Shown one piece after another: positions 28,394 through 38,939 of a DNA stretch of 64,000 nt. The position numbers were made by a program, and so were the translations under genes. Below the pieces are notes generated by a model, which was not told where the DNA came from, made no database searches, and saw nothing but the letters and a program-made list of their open reading frames with translations. How positions within the stretch are numbered: the stretch's first letter is position 1; each line of letters opens with the position of its first letter. Origin of the DNA: an uncultured Algimonas sp. (GTDB lineage: Bacteria > Pseudomonadota > Alphaproteobacteria > Caulobacterales > Maricaulaceae); contig CAYRMO010000001.1 of NCBI GenBank assembly GCA_964425355.1, forward strand, positions 13,029 through 77,028, given 5' to 3'.

Positions 28394-31171
28394 GTGTATA
28401 CTGATAAATTTCTCTTTAGTGCGATGAGGGGACTTTCATTTCGATGCTTAGCTGCCGCTATGGGGTTAGGCGCCGTTCCTCTATGGTCAATCCCCGCATT
28501 TGCACAACAACCTCCGGTCATTAACTGCCAGGGCAGGCCGGTTACCGCCTTAGAATTTTCTGGGTCTATACTCGAGAGCGGAACCGCCAATAGTGTTGGT
28601 GCCGTTTACCGTTTTACAAACGTCGCCCCAGCTGTGGACGCGCGAATTGAAGTTATCGATTTTGTAAATGGGGGATCTCTCAACATATTTGATAATGATT
28701 CGGGATTAGTGAGCTATTTTCAGCCCGAATTGATTAGTACGGGTGGATCAGCAGTCGATTTCGAAATCAGCTTTGTTGATAGTGCAAATAATCCCATCGC
28801 GCTCGATATTGCCGCTAGCGCGATTGATATTGATGGTAATGGAAATCCGGTTGGAACCTTACGCGAATATGCAGAATTTGAAAGAACTTTGGCGGCATTT
28901 GTTCTCAATAATGCAACAGAATTAGACGTTGATGCCTCCGGGCCATCTGGAGCCGACAGAATTCGATTTGAATCGCGGACAACTCAATTTGCGCCTGGCA
29001 TCGATCCGACCGCGGAAAATAATATTGTCACGACATTTTATACGGATGTTACCAGTTTTGAGTATCGGATCGGAACTGTAGATGCCGGTGGGGGGACACG
29101 ATTGACGTCCCTAGGTTTTGATTGTCCAAATCTAGCATCTCCCGTCATGACGCCAATGATCGATCAGGATTATGGTGATGCGCCCCTCAATAATTATGGA
29201 AACCCTATCCATACGATCATTCCAGGTATTCAACTCGGTGCATCCAATAGCACAGATAACGGACCATTTGATTCTGCAACAGCCAGTGGGGATGGTGGGG
29301 ATGACGGTGTGACGTTACCTGATTTCCTGGCCGGTGAAACCAGAACGATAAATCTAGATGTATCCGGAGCTGGTGGTTTTCTTCAGGCCTGGATCGACTG
29401 GAATGGTGACGGCGATATTTTAGATGCGGGCGAACAAATCGCGACAGACATTCAAGATACAAATAATGATGGTATCATCCCGCTTAACGTGACAGCTCCG
29501 CTTTCGACAGTCGAAGGGAATTCAATTGCCCGGTTTCGCTGGTCAACCGTTCAGGGTGTCAGCTTTCAAGAAGCCGCTTTGGACGGTGAGGTCGAAGACT
29601 ATCAAATCACGCTCTCGGAACCGACTCCCTTTGATTGTGACGGCACGCTTTATCAGGTTGGCCGCTCAAATTCGACATTGCTGGAGCAAACGATCAATCA
29701 GGTCGGATCGTCATATCAAGCGGATCTGGTGGCAGTCGATTCGGCGCCGAATACAATTAGTGCAGGCTGGGGCTATAATGAACTCGATGACCTTATTTAT
29801 GGGGTAAGGAATGCAACAAGAGAACTTTGGCGCGTTGACGAAGATGGTCGATTTACGCAGATGTCGACCATACCCAATACCGCGCCGAATGGAGGTATTG
29901 CGGGAGATATTTTGCCCAATGGCCAAATAATTTATCGTCGGAATAACTCCATTTGGGGTAATGTCGATATCTCAGATCCACTTAATCCCATTTTTTTGGG
30001 TCAGTTTAATCTGAGCCCAGCAATTAACGTCAGAGATATCGGATATAACCCGATTGATGGTTTGGTTTATGGTGTTGACCGAACGAGTGACCGCTTATTT
30101 TACGCTGATATAACTGCGGGCTCAGGTGCCTTGACACCAGTTCGTTTTGGTCCAGCTGTCTATTCTGGGAATTATCAGGCCGTATGGTTCGATGAAGATG
30201 GTAATTTTTACCTCTATGAAAATCAAAGTAATCAAATTTTAATGGTGGATGTTGGGACAAGTGGGAATGGCCTTGGCGAACCGCTTTTCATCGCAACCTC
30301 TTCCGGTGACGATGGCGGCACGAATGATGGGGCGTATTGTCGAGGTCCGGCACCGCTTCCGCTTGGATCAATCGCGGGAACACTTTATGAAGACGCGAAT
30401 GGCGACAATGATCTGACCTCGGGCGAGGCAAGCTTGGGCGCTGATATTTTGCTGGAACTTTATGACAATGGCGGAACACCAGCCGACCCATCGGATGATA
30501 TTTTGGTTAGGCGCGTCAATACCCAATCAGATGGCAGTTATATCTTTGGCAGTCAGCGGACCATTGCGACTTACCGTGTTGAAGTTGATACGGGCGATAC
30601 GGATATTCCGGCGACCCTTACCATTGGAACGGATAATCCTATTAACGGCCTATCGGTCACGGCAAATGTCACAAACTCAGACAATGATTTCGGATTTGAT
30701 GTGGCGGCAGCAGAGCTTGCCGCCGAGAAAACGGTTGCGAGCTTTGATCCGCAAGATGGATCTGAGACCTATATGTTGCCGGGCAATGATGTTGTCTATT
30801 CTATTGAAATATCAAACATTGGAAACCTTGCAACCGATGCAGATACGCTCTTCCTCGTCGATAGCTTACCACCCGAAATTGAGTTTTGGTCAGGCGACCT
30901 TGAAGACGGCGCGCCTGATGATATTGCGGGAACAGACCCGATTGCGCTCGTCCAAGCGGATGGCGCGGCTCTGACATATGACTATCTCACAGATATAGGC
31001 GTTTCGACCTCTACTACGCGTCCAACAAGCTTCGCGGATTGTGATTCTGCACCGACCAGTGGAACCTATCTCCCCGCCATTCGTCATATCTGTTTTAATC
31101 CAAAAGGCAGCCTGGCCTCGGGTTCAGATATTCCAAAAGCGACCTTTAAGTTCAGGGCACGGATAAAATAA
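28394..31171 (+). CDS. Secreted multi-domain surface protein/adhesin (GEVED, SdrD-B-like, DUF11-like)
   Basis: Signal peptide ending PAFAQ, DYGDAP...WIDWNGDG...DGEVEDY, GTLYEDANGD, PGNDVVYSIEISN, CFNPKG; start uncertain. Confidence 0.75.
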   Translation: MYTDKFLFSAMRGLSFRCLAAAMGLGAVPLWSIPAFAQQPPVINCQGRPVTALEFSGSILESGTANSVGAVYRFTNVAPAVDARIEVIDFVNGGSLNIFDNDSGLVSYFQPELISTGGSAVDFEISFVDSANNPIALDIAASAIDIDGNGNPVGTLREYAEFERTLAAFVLNNATELDVDASGPSGADRIRFESRTTQFAPGIDPTAENNIVTTFYTDVTSFEYRIGTVDAGGGTRLTSLGFDCPNLASPVMTPMIDQDYGDAPLNNYGNPIHTIIPGIQLGASNSTDNGPFDSATASGDGGDDGVTLPDFLAGETRTINLDVSGAGGFLQAWIDWNGDGDILDAGEQIATDIQDTNNDGIIPLNVTAPLSTVEGNSIARFRWSTVQGVSFQEAALDGEVEDYQITLSEPTPFDCDGTLYQVGRSNSTLLEQTINQVGSSYQADLVAVDSAPNTISAGWGYNELDDLIYGVRNATRELWRVDEDGRFTQMSTIPNTAPNGGIAGDILPNGQIIYRRNNSIWGNVDISDPLNPIFLGQFNLSPAINVRDIGYNPIDGLVYGVDRTSDRLFYADITAGSGALTPVRFGPAVYSGNYQAVWFDEDGNFYLYENQSNQILMVDVGTSGNGLGEPLFIATSSGDDGGTNDGAYCRGPAPLPLGSIAGTLYEDANGDNDLTSGEASLGADILLELYDNGGTPADPSDDILVRRVNTQSDGSYIFGSQRTIATYRVEVDTGDTDIPATLTIGTDNPINGLSVTANVTNSDNDFGFDVAAAELAAEKTVASFDPQDGSETYMLPGNDVVYSIEISNIGNLATDADTLFLVDSLPPEIEFWSGDLEDGAPDDIAGTDPIALVQADGAALTYDYLTDIGVSTSTTRPTSFADCDSAPTSGTYLPAIRHICFNPKGSLASGSDIPKATFKFRARIK

Positions 31172-31255
31172 AACCGAATTCCGTTTAGACCGCCTGTGGA
31201 CGGTCTGGACCTCATGACTTTTCATGGGCGAATAAGAGTTCTATAGCTACGCTCT

Positions 31256-32998
31256 ATGAGTGACACAGCGTCCATGTTTGGCGAACAAGAATCTTATCAG
31301 GTTCTCGCCCGCAAATACCGACCCTCAACTTTTGAGGATATGATCGGTCAAGACGCTATGGTCACGACCTTAAAGAATGCCTTTGAGGCCAATCGCGTCG
31401 CCCATGCCTTTATGCTGACGGGTGTGCGCGGGATCGGGAAGACGACGACAGCACGGCTTTTGGCGCGTGCGTTGAATTACCAATCTGAAACCGTTGAGGG
31501 ACCCAGTGTTGATCTCTCAAATATGGGTGAACATTGTGAACTCATCATGAGTAGTTCCCATATGGACGTGCTCGAAATGGATGCGGCGTCTCGAACTGGC
31601 GTTGAGAATATGCGCGAATTATTGGATGGGGTTCGATATTCACCCGCCACAGCGCGCTATAAAGTCTATATCATCGACGAGGTGCATATGCTCTCAGCAG
31701 GCGCATTTAACGCCTTGCTTAAAACGCTGGAAGAGCCGCCTGATCATGCAAAATTTATTTTTGCGACCACTGAAATTCGCAAAGTACCGATCACCGTCTT
31801 GTCGCGGTGTCAGCGTTTTGACCTCCGCCGCGTCGATGCCTCAGTCCTGTCCGATCACCTACGAAAAATTTGCGACCAAGAAGACGTCAAGATTTCAGAT
31901 GAGGGTCTTGCCATGATTTCACGCGCCGCCGAAGGCTCTGTGCGCGACGGTCTGTCCCTATTGGATCAAGCTATTGTTCAGGCCGGGCTTGAGGGTGAAG
32001 AAGTTACAGGCGAGCAAGTTCGAAACATGTTGGGTTTGGCTGACCGGATCCGCATTCATGATCTCTTTGCCATGGCGTCGACCGGCGACACCAAAGGAGC
32101 CTTACTCGAAATGCGGGCTCAATATGATGATGGCGCAGATCCAGCCGTTGTTATGCGTGACTTATTAGATGTGTGCCATGCGGTAAGCCGTGCCAAGACC
32201 TTGGGTGATCAGGCAGAATTTGACATGGCACCGGATCAGGCCAGCCGCTTGCGTGATCTATCTGAGACACTAAGCGTGGGACAACTGACGAGGCTCTGGC
32301 AAATTCTAAGCGCCGCTTATCAAGATGTCAGACAGGCTCCTATGCCTTTGGCAGCCGCAGAAATGGCCTTGTTGAAACTTTCCTTGGCGGGTCAGATGCC
32401 GCCACCGGAATTAGCCGCTGCTATTATTGAGCAAGCGCAAAATATTCAAGCCGATGGTGGCCCCAGTTTACCTGTCATAGGTCAATCCCATAACGCGACA
32501 TCTGGATCTATTGCAGCCGTCGGGTCGCAATCCATTGGCGCGTCAAGCTCATCTGCACCAACCGCAATGATGGAAGCCCCTAAACCGATAGCGCCTACGC
32601 AACCAAGCCTTGAGATTAAGAGTTTTGCCGAATTCATCGAGGCCTTGCCCGATAGCAAAATCAAGTTGAAGTCTGACTTGCAACGTTATGTACGCCTTGT
32701 CTCCTTTAAGCGCGGCGCCATTGAGCTTCGGATTACCGACCCAAAGCAAAATACGCTTATGGGACAGATCGTTGCGGCTTTGCAGGAATTGACGGGCGAT
32801 CTCTGGATTGTATCGCCGTCAGATGCCGAAGGTGAACCGCCCTTGTCTGAACAGCGAAAAGAGGCGGAGCAGGCGCAACGTGAGAAAGATTTTTCACATC
32901 CTGCGTTCCAACATCCGCTATTAAAACAGGCAAAACTTTTAGGCATTACGGATCGTCCGTCTAATGTCATCCATTCCGATTTCGACAAGGATAATTAG
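31256..32998 (+). CDS. dnaX: DNA polymerase III subunit gamma/tau
   Basis: ARKYRP, GVRGIGKTT, DEVHML, SRC. Confidence 0.96.
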   Translation: MSDTASMFGEQESYQVLARKYRPSTFEDMIGQDAMVTTLKNAFEANRVAHAFMLTGVRGIGKTTTARLLARALNYQSETVEGPSVDLSNMGEHCELIMSSSHMDVLEMDAASRTGVENMRELLDGVRYSPATARYKVYIIDEVHMLSAGAFNALLKTLEEPPDHAKFIFATTEIRKVPITVLSRCQRFDLRRVDASVLSDHLRKICDQEDVKISDEGLAMISRAAEGSVRDGLSLLDQAIVQAGLEGEEVTGEQVRNMLGLADRIRIHDLFAMASTGDTKGALLEMRAQYDDGADPAVVMRDLLDVCHAVSRAKTLGDQAEFDMAPDQASRLRDLSETLSVGQLTRLWQILSAAYQDVRQAPMPLAAAEMALLKLSLAGQMPPPELAAAIIEQAQNIQADGGPSLPVIGQSHNATSGSIAAVGSQSIGASSSSAPTAMMEAPKPIAPTQPSLEIKSFAEFIEALPDSKIKLKSDLQRYVRLVSFKRGAIELRITDPKQNTLMGQIVAALQELTGDLWIVSPSDAEGEPPLSEQRKEAEQAQREKDFSHPAFQHPLLKQAKLLGITDRPSNVIHSDFDKDN

Positions 32999-33001
32999 AT
33001 C

Positions 33002-33325
33002 ATGAAAGATTTGATGGGCTTGATGAAGCAAGCCAAAGAAATGCAAAAAAATATGGAAGCTGCCCAGGCAAAAGTTGCGGACTTAACCGCGATTGGACGC
33101 TCTGGCGGAGGTCTTGTCACGGTCACCCTCGCGGGTGGAGGTAATATGAAATCTCTTGAGATCGACCCAACGCTCTTAAACGGCGAAGACAAAGAAGTGG
33201 TCGAAGATTTGATTGTCGCAGCCTATCAGGACGCCAAAGTAAAACTGGATCAAGCTCAGGCCGAAACCATGAAATCCGCCATGGGCGATGTGCAATTACC
33301 GCCTGGGATGAAACTGCCATTTTAA
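33002..33325 (+). CDS. ybaB: Nucleoid-associated protein YbaB/EbfC
   Basis: MKQAKEMQ, SGGGLV, EDLIVAA. Confidence 0.93.
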   Translation: MKDLMGLMKQAKEMQKNMEAAQAKVADLTAIGRSGGGLVTVTLAGGGNMKSLEIDPTLLNGEDKEVVEDLIVAAYQDAKVKLDQAQAETMKSAMGDVQLPPGMKLPF

Positions 33326-33353
33326 TTCTTATCCTATCAGCGTCCGGCAGCCC

Positions 33354-35102
33354 ATGAGATTATTATCGGCATGTCTCTTATCGCTTTGCGTGTCCCTGAC
33401 GGCTCATAGTGCCGAGCCTAAGGCGGGTGCGCGCGCTGTATTTGATTTTGGAACAATACATCATCCAGTCCTGGCCGAGACGGGCATGGTCAGCGCCCAA
33501 GACAGAATTTCTGCGCAAGTTGGTGCAGATATTCTAACTCGTGGAGGCAATGCCGTGGACGCCGCTGTGGCAACCGGATTTGCTCTCGCGGTTACCCATC
33601 CCCAGGCCGGCAATCTTGGTGGAGGCGGTTTTATGCTAATCCGCCTGGAAGAAACAGATGAAATCATCGCACTTGATTTTCGGGAAATGGCACCTGCGCG
33701 TGCCAGCCGAGATATGTATCTGGACGCGGCGGGCGAGGTCGATAATCAACTATCCCAATATAGCCGTGCCTCTGCCGGAGTGCCCGGCACTGTTATGGGA
33801 TTGCTCGATGCATTGGAAAAACATGGAACCATGACAAGGCGACAAGTTATGGGGCCAGCTATTCGACTGGCGAGTGAAGGGTTTACCGTTAGCCCAGCCC
33901 TTGCCCAAAGCTTGGAATCTGGGCGGGAACAATTTGAACAAGATCCGAGTTCGGTTGACTATTTTCTGGGCCTTAGAGCTGGCGATAATTGGAAACAGCC
34001 TGACTTGGCCGCAAGTCTGAGGCGAATTTTGAAAGATGGATCAGACGGATTTTACGCAGGCAAAACGGCGACCCTTATTGTCACGGAAATGGAGCAGGGG
34101 GCTGGCGCGGCAAAAGGCTTGATTAGCCATGAAGATTTGACGAACTATATGACAGTGGAACGTGCACCCGTTACAGGAACGTACCGCGGATTTGATATCG
34201 CGGCCATGTCACCACCATCCTCAGGTGGCGTCCATATTGTTCAAATGCTCAATATTCTCGAAGGCTATGATCTACAAAGTGATGGGCATAATTCAGCGGA
34301 TTATTTGCATAAATTGATTGAAGCCATGCGCCGCGCCTATGCGGACCGGTCTAAATATTTAGGGGATCCGGATTTCGTTGATGTACCAGTTGGTCGTCTG
34401 ACAGACAAGGCTTATGCCACCCGATTAAGAGACGGCATCGATCTTACAAAAGCGTCTCGCTCGCAAGATATTTTACCTGGTGCAGAACTGGCGGCGGAGC
34501 CTGTCAATACGACACATTATTCAGTTATGGACAAATATGGTAATGCGGTGGCTGTAACCTATACGCTGAATTTTTCATATGGCTCCGGCTTTTCCGTCGA
34601 TGGGGCTGGGTTTTTATTAAATAATGAAATGGATGATTTTTCGGCCAAGCCAGACACGCCAAATGGCTATGGCTTAATCGGGGGTGAATTTAATAAAATT
34701 GAACCCCGCAAAAGACCGCTTTCCTCCATGACCCCGATGATGGTGATGAAAGATGAAAAGGTCATTCTTGCGACAGGCTCGCCGGGTGGTTCTACGATAA
34801 TCACCTCGGTCTTGCAGGTCGCCTTGAATGTTATGGAATGGGAAATGAACCTTGCGGAAGCGACCCATCGAGGCCGGATACATCATCAATGGCTACCGGA
34901 TTTGATTTTCGCGGAACCTACACTCAGCCCCGACACGTTAAAACGCCTGGAGGAAATGGGGCATATATTTCCAAAAGACGAGACCGGGAATTATGCGCGA
35001 ACTGTGCTCGGGCGGGTTAACTCGGTTGGCCATATAGAGGGCGGTTATATTGCAGGCGCGTCCGACCCGCGCGGGCCAAAATCGGCGGCCATCGGGAACT
35101 AG
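33354..35102 (+). CDS. ggt: Gamma-glutamyltransferase
   Basis: GGNAVDAA, DFREMAP, TTHYS nucleophile, NNEMDDF, PLSSMTP, GSPGG. Confidence 0.95.
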   Translation: MRLLSACLLSLCVSLTAHSAEPKAGARAVFDFGTIHHPVLAETGMVSAQDRISAQVGADILTRGGNAVDAAVATGFALAVTHPQAGNLGGGGFMLIRLEETDEIIALDFREMAPARASRDMYLDAAGEVDNQLSQYSRASAGVPGTVMGLLDALEKHGTMTRRQVMGPAIRLASEGFTVSPALAQSLESGREQFEQDPSSVDYFLGLRAGDNWKQPDLAASLRRILKDGSDGFYAGKTATLIVTEMEQGAGAAKGLISHEDLTNYMTVERAPVTGTYRGFDIAAMSPPSSGGVHIVQMLNILEGYDLQSDGHNSADYLHKLIEAMRRAYADRSKYLGDPDFVDVPVGRLTDKAYATRLRDGIDLTKASRSQDILPGAELAAEPVNTTHYSVMDKYGNAVAVTYTLNFSYGSGFSVDGAGFLLNNEMDDFSAKPDTPNGYGLIGGEFNKIEPRKRPLSSMTPMMVMKDEKVILATGSPGGSTIITSVLQVALNVMEWEMNLAEATHRGRIHHQWLPDLIFAEPTLSPDTLKRLEEMGHIFPKDETGNYARTVLGRVNSVGHIEGGYIAGASDPRGPKSAAIGN

Positions 35103-35169
35103 TCTCGTCACCCCACCCACGCTTTAATATGGGCTGGAAAAGCGTGACGCACCACCTTATAGCCGATCC

Positions 35170-35781
35170 ATGCCCAAGACATCTGTCAGCCCGGAAATTG
35201 ATCGCCTGATCGCCCTCCTTGCAAAATTGCCGGGCCTCGGTCCACGTTCAGCGCGCCGCGCCGCATTGGCCCTCTTAAAAAAACCTGATGTTCTTATGAA
35301 ACCGCTGTCACTGGCCTTGGGTGAGGCAGCGGATCGGATTTCAGAATGCACGATGTGCGGGAATGTCGACTCGACCAACCCGTGTCATATTTGCACCGCG
35401 CCGAATCGAGACCGCACAACAATTTGCGTGGTGCAAGATGTATCAGACCTTTGGGCGATGGAACGCGCAGCCGCCTTTAAAGGGCTTTATCATGTCCTAG
35501 GTGGAACGCTCTCGGCTCTGGATGGTGTGCGTCCCGAAGATTTGAATATTGCGTCCCTTATTCGTCGAGCTTCTGGCGAAGAGGGCGATATTGCCGAAGT
35601 TATTCTGGCGATGAACGCCACAGTTGATGGTCAAACCACGGCACATTACATAACGGATCACCTAGAAAAGACCGGTGTGAAAATCTCGCGTCTTGCCCAC
35701 GGCGTTCCTGTTGGCGGGGAGCTAGATTATCTTGATGACGGAACCATCACGGCGGCGATGAAAAGCCGGAGACCTTTTTAG
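35170..35781 (+). CDS. recR: Recombination mediator RecR
   Basis: [10 protein letters not shown]4 zinc finger, YHVLGG, GGELDY. Confidence 0.96.
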   Translation: MPKTSVSPEIDRLIALLAKLPGLGPRSARRAALALLKKPDVLMKPLSLALGEAADRISECTMCGNVDSTNPCHICTAPNRDRTTICVVQDVSDLWAMERAAAFKGLYHVLGGTLSALDGVRPEDLNIASLIRRASGEEGDIAEVILAMNATVDGQTTAHYITDHLEKTGVKISRLAHGVPVGGELDYLDDGTITAAMKSRRPF

Positions 35782-35795
35782 AGCGGTTTTGATAT

Positions 35796-36461
35796 ATGCG
35801 CTATTTAGAGACATTAAAGACCGCGCGTTATACGCCGGCATCACTGGCTTTAATTTTGATGAATTTATTGCCGCTTATCGGGGTCATTTTTTTCAATTGG
35901 GATGTTGGGATAATTATCTTCCTCTATTGGCTCGAAAATGTCGTTATCGGACTATTGAATGTCATTAAAATTCTGTCCAGCCGTGGGACTGTTCATGGGG
36001 GAGCGCGTAAAGAAAAACTTGGCGGATTGATTTTTCTATCCGGATTTTTTGCCATCCATTACGGCATATTTTGTTTTGGTCATTATACCTTTATCCATAG
36101 TTTTTTTGATGGCTTGCCGGAATTTTCCAATATTCCGTCACGACTCTTTGAAGGCTTTCTGATCTGGCCATTGCTTGGACTTTTGTTCAGCCACTCTATT
36201 TCTATGATCGTGAATTTTTACGGCAAAGGCGAATATCTTTCCCGCTCGGCCAGTACGCAAATGTTCATGCCCTATACGCGGATCATGATTTTACATGTTG
36301 TCATTATTTTTGGCGGATTTCTCGCGCAGATTATGAATAATGCGTTGGGACCCTTAATTATATTGATCCTCATTAAAACGATTATAGATTTGGGATCTCA
36401 TCAGGTTGAGCATTCAAATAAAGATAGTCTACTTAATCCTAAACTTGCCGATGAAAGCTAA
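35796..36461 (+). CDS. Membrane protein (DUF6498-like)
   Basis: YWLENVVIG, FFAIHYG, PYTRIMILH. Confidence 0.7.
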   Translation: MRYLETLKTARYTPASLALILMNLLPLIGVIFFNWDVGIIIFLYWLENVVIGLLNVIKILSSRGTVHGGARKEKLGGLIFLSGFFAIHYGIFCFGHYTFIHSFFDGLPEFSNIPSRLFEGFLIWPLLGLLFSHSISMIVNFYGKGEYLSRSASTQMFMPYTRIMILHVVIIFGGFLAQIMNNALGPLIILILIKTIIDLGSHQVEHSNKDSLLNPKLADES

Positions 36462-36793
36462 ATTTCTTCTAATATAGACGTGCCTGCAGCCTCATCTCCG
36501 CAGGTCCAATACCAGCTTTCATGCAGTCTCAACTTGCCACCCGCGAGGGCTTCGGGTGTTGTCTTGCAAATACCGGTCTTAAGCTCGCCTTTCCGGTTCA
36601 TATGTTGATAGCGCATATCCAGCGTATCGTCGTTTTGGACTTTGCCGATCATTTGACCATAGCGAATATCGCCACCTGAATAGGTCGCCATTACGAGATC
36701 GCCAACTTGCTCATATTTGAAAATTGTATCCGGTGTCGTTTCAGATCGATCCGACATTTTTGCGGCCCGAAATAAGCGTCCACCATAATACAT
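36458..36793 (-). CDS. Small conserved hypothetical protein, beta-rich
   Basis: YSGGDI, LRLHESW; start overlaps rmuC stop. Confidence 0.7.
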   Translation of the reverse strand: MYYGGRLFRAAKMSDRSETTPDTIFKYEQVGDLVMATYSGGDIRYGQMIGKVQNDDTLDMRYQHMNRKGELKTGICKTTPEALAGGKLRLHESWYWTCGDEAAGTSILEEI

Positions 36794-37929
36794 TAGCCGT
36801 CTCCATCTTTGACGAGTTTCAATGGTGGACGAGATTCATCATCGGAGTCAAATTCGACCTTATCAATTTTCGCGGCGCGGGTTGTGATTTTACGCGTCGA
36901 GGTCAGGATCTGATCGATGTCTTTTTGCGTTGTGTTGAAATGGGCTTGAAGTTTTGCCACGCGATCACCTAGCCGGCCCACATCAGCGGCCATCATAGCG
37001 ACCTCGCGTTTAATCGTTGCGGCATTCTTTTGAATATCGGCATCATTCATAACGGCCTGCATGGTATGAAGCGTCGCCATAAAGGTGGTTGGTGACACAA
37101 TCACAACGCGTTTGGAAAAACCTTTATCGACCACATCATCAAAGCGCGTATGAAGCTCGGTAAAGATCGCATCTGAGGGTAAAAACAGCAAAGCCAAATC
37201 ATAGGTCTCGCCCGGGATCAAATATTTTTGCGAAATATCATTTACATGTTTCATCATATCATTGCGAAAATCCCGGGCGGCTTGATCTTCATCAAAACTG
37301 GTTTCGGCCGAGACCAAACGCCGCCAGCTTTCCATAGGAAATTTCGCATCAATGGCGACATCGCCGTGCCCCTCCGGCATATGGATCAAAGCATCAACGC
37401 GCGAACGGTTTGACAGCGTATGTTGGAAAGAAAAACTCCGCGCAGGTAAAAAGGTGCGGATTAGATCTTGCATTTGTTTCTCGCCAAATGCCCCGCGTGC
37501 CTGTTTATTGGATAGGATAGATTGCAAGCCCGAGACTTCGCCAGCTAGGGCTTTGATGTTATTCTGGGCCGCATCGATTAGGCCCAGACGTTCATTGAGC
37601 TTTGTCAGATTTTCATGATTTCGGGTCTGGGCATGTTCCAGAGACTTACCCACGCGTGAGCTGACCGTGTCGAGGCGCTCCTCAAGTGTTTTGGAAAATT
37701 GCGCATCCCGGCGCTCACTATCTTCGGCAAATTGCGAAAGCCGACCTTGGAGGCGGGATTGCTCACCGCGCATCTCATCCAGATGTTTTTGCAAGACTTC
37801 GCGACTATTGGTAGCCGAGCGCCGCATCACCACCCAGGTCAAGATAATCGTCAAAAGCATCAGCAAAATGACAATCAAGAGCTCGGTCAGCGTAATGGAA
37901 ATATCACCCATGATGACTATAGGTTCCAT
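36793..37929 (-). CDS. rmuC: DNA recombination protein RmuC
   Basis: N-terminal TM, coiled coil, RGAFGE, IDAKFP, VSPTT. Confidence 0.92.
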   Translation of the reverse strand: MEPIVIMGDISITLTELLIVILLMLLTIILTWVVMRRSATNSREVLQKHLDEMRGEQSRLQGRLSQFAEDSERRDAQFSKTLEERLDTVSSRVGKSLEHAQTRNHENLTKLNERLGLIDAAQNNIKALAGEVSGLQSILSNKQARGAFGEKQMQDLIRTFLPARSFSFQHTLSNRSRVDALIHMPEGHGDVAIDAKFPMESWRRLVSAETSFDEDQAARDFRNDMMKHVNDISQKYLIPGETYDLALLFLPSDAIFTELHTRFDDVVDKGFSKRVVIVSPTTFMATLHTMQAVMNDADIQKNAATIKREVAMMAADVGRLGDRVAKLQAHFNTTQKDIDQILTSTRKITTRAAKIDKVEFDSDDESRPPLKLVKDGDG

Positions 37930-37983
37930 CTTTGTTCTCCTTCATTTCACATGTCGCATGTTTAGGAGAATTTGAAAAGGGGG

Positions 37984-38445
37984 TTATTCAAATGTCTTGG
38001 GAACTGATTTTGGATCGACTTTGATATGACGTCGGGCGAGCCTTTCGCCAAGTGAAGCCGATAACAGGCATATCGGAATAAGAATGAAAGGTCTGTACAG
38101 AGACATCGCATTAAAATAGCTTGATATTGTATAAGTTTGGATTGCGAATAGAGTAATTCCGACCGCACCACCGGAAATAATTGCGCGCGTATGGTTGGTC
38201 ATATGGGATAGAATTCTTGTGACGAGCCAAGCGCTACCCCCAATAATTAGGGCAATAATAGCGATATAAATAAAGTAGACGTCAAAGACTATGGCCCACA
38301 GGTTTTGTTCAAACACATATGTTGATCCAAAATGATAGAATTCTAGTAGGGATAAAGCGAGATTATAAATAACCCAAAATATTATCATTGCGTACCCATA
38401 GATATACGCAGGATGTGTTGCTCGGTTTGAGATTTTTTCGTCCAT
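37984..38445 (-). CDS. Hypothetical 4-TM protein, array copy A
   Basis: THxxxIYGY start motif, ends LGERLARRHIKVDPKSVPKTFE. Confidence 0.75.
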   Translation of the reverse strand: MDEKISNRATHPAYIYGYAMIIFWVIYNLALSLLEFYHFGSTYVFEQNLWAIVFDVYFIYIAIIALIIGGSAWLVTRILSHMTNHTRAIISGGAVGITLFAIQTYTISSYFNAMSLYRPFILIPICLLSASLGERLARRHIKVDPKSVPKTFE

Positions 38446-38462
38446 TGTTTTTAAATTTCGTC

Positions 38463-38939
38463 TTATTCAAATGTCTTGGGAATCGAATTCGGATCATATT
38501 TTATGTGCCGTCTTGCTAATCTCTCGCCGAGCCATCCACACACGCCTCCAACACTGCATAGCAGCGCAATAAAAAGCCAGACATAGATGTCTTTGAGAAT
38601 GGGTTCATTCTCGGTTATAACGATATATCCGAATCCTAGAACCACAGGTAGTGAACTGCTCATGCCGCCTGCGATAATTGATTTAATCATATTGGATAAC
38701 GAAGACCCGCGAAGGATAAGCCATGCGATTCCACCGACGATAAGTGCAATCAGGGCTGCAAATGGGATGAAGTAAATACTCGCATAGAACAGGTATTCGA
38801 GACCAGAATTTAAATTCGAATAAATATTAAATGAGTCCACAGCGAATATAATTATCGGGAAGATAACCAAAGCCATTATCCAAAGTGCAATCAAGCCATA
38901 ACCAAATATATGGATAAAATGGGTTTTATTTTCTTGCAT
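38463..38939 (-). CDS. Hypothetical 4-TM protein, array copy B
   Basis: MQENKTHFIHIFGYGL ... WLGERLARRHIKYDPNSIPKTFE. Confidence 0.75.
   Translation of the reverse strand: MQENKTHFIHIFGYGLIALWIMALVIFPIIIFAVDSFNIYSNLNSGLEYLFYASIYFIPFAALIALIVGGIAWLILRGSSLSNMIKSIIAGGMSSSLPVVLGFGYIVITENEPILKDIYVWLFIALLCSVGGVCGWLGERLARRHIKYDPNSIPKTFE

Noticed and set aside
31172-31255. SRP RNA (ffs) upstream of dnaX
   Set aside because: Gap is 84 bp with only a small hairpin; no SRP domain IV motif seen
31256-32998. dnaX programmed frameshift; missing zinc-module cysteines
   Set aside because: No A-AAA-AAG slippery site noticed; loss of the Cys cluster is, as I recall, common in alphaproteobacterial DnaX
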